The position numbers and the translations under genes are program-made. 64,000 nt of DNA from an uncultured bacterium (GTDB lineage Bacteria > Chloroflexota > UBA5177 > JANWHV01). Of this stretch, positions 63,441 through 64,000 are shown piece by piece; position 1 is the stretch's first letter, and the number at the start of each line of letters is the position of its first letter. The stretch spans positions 1 through 64,000 of the forward strand of contig CAWHAE010000010.1 of assembly GCA_963827235.1 (NCBI GenBank). Direction: 5' to 3'. The notes below the pieces were generated by a model. The model saw nothing but the letters and a program-made list of their open reading frames with translations, was not told where the DNA came from and did no database searches.

Positions 63441-63818
63441 CTACTTCAGGCTACTCAGAAAGGCTGCAAGGTCGTCTGACTGGCCGGCTGGAGTAGGAGG
63501 TCGCAGGGAGCTAGGGAAGCGAATCTCGTGTTGCAGCCAGGCCAGGCTTCGCCTGCTCCCTTCGTGTGTGAGATCGATAGCGCCGCCCGCCGAGGAGATT
63601 GGATAGAGTGCATGACAGGAGATGCAGGAGCCCGTGGCGAAGTCGTACCGGCCGCGTGCGACAGCTGCCTGCCACGCTCGGTGGTTGTGCCGCGACCACT
63701 GCATCTGGACCAGGATCCCGCCTGCCAGGATAATCGCCGCCAACACCACGACGAGCAGTCGGCGGGCGGTCCTGGCACTCGCACGCCGACCGGTGCGCGC
63801 CGCGTTCGGGCGATCCAT
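63441..63818 (-). CDS. small membrane-anchored c-type cytochrome
   Basis: N-terminal TM, RGRYDF..SCISCH (CxxCH), DLTHEGSRRSLAWL, DLAAFLSSLK. Confidence 0.8.
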   Translation of the reverse strand: MDRPNAARTGRRASARTARRLLVVVLAAIILAGGILVQMQWSRHNHRAWQAAVARGRYDFATGSCISCHALYPISSAGGAIDLTHEGSRRSLAWLQHEIRFPSSLRPPTPAGQSDDLAAFLSSLK

Positions 63819-64000
63819 GCAGTCTGTCTCCCTGGCACGCCTGGGTCGTGTTTCCGGCGTGGGACGAGGGGAATTCCTTTCCGCTGGCGTATTGAGGATA
63901 CTGTAGCGGGAGGGACGAAGTCATGGTTGGCGTGACTGCCGTCGTGGAGCCAATGGGCCCTCGTCGGCTCGGTGCGGCGAAGCTCGCCACCGGGGTCCTG

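Noticed and set aside
1-64000. Integron, prophage, tRNA or rRNA
   Set aside because: No integrase, attC-like periodicity, phage structural genes or recognisable structural RNA seen

Overview
GC-rich bacterial accessory region with no housekeeping, rRNA or tRNA genes. A Chloroflexota-like soil bacterium is my inference from the gene families. The dominant structure is a cassette repeated five times. In each copy a large XRE-HTH STAND ATPase is transcribed divergently from a gene for a secreted protein. Three copies are XRE-TIR-nSTAND1-TM-WD40 (6.5, 46.4 and 54.1 kb) and two are XRE-AAA-TPR (18.5 and 59.7 kb). Most intergenic regions carry 10-13 bp-spaced TGTGC-like direct repeats at a nearly fixed distance from a -10-like box. 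The same promoter architecture drives a tandem array of four secreted paralogues with patchy variability (34.6-38.1 kb), which has no adjacent regulator. The window also holds an ATPase-TPR-LuxR regulator, a PhyH dioxygenase, an AmmeMemoRadiSam pair, an IS630 fragment, a TetR/epoxide hydrolase pair, an ABC exporter with a two-component system, a YncE-like propeller, a PLL-type lectin, a WYL/Cdd1 pair, a papain-like peptidase, an orphan sugar-binding protein, an FG-GAP protein, a small cytochrome c and many gene remnants. Frameshifts cluster at 1-9 kb and 26.7-30.7 kb and may be long-read errors. All calls come from reading motifs by eye; no searches were run.
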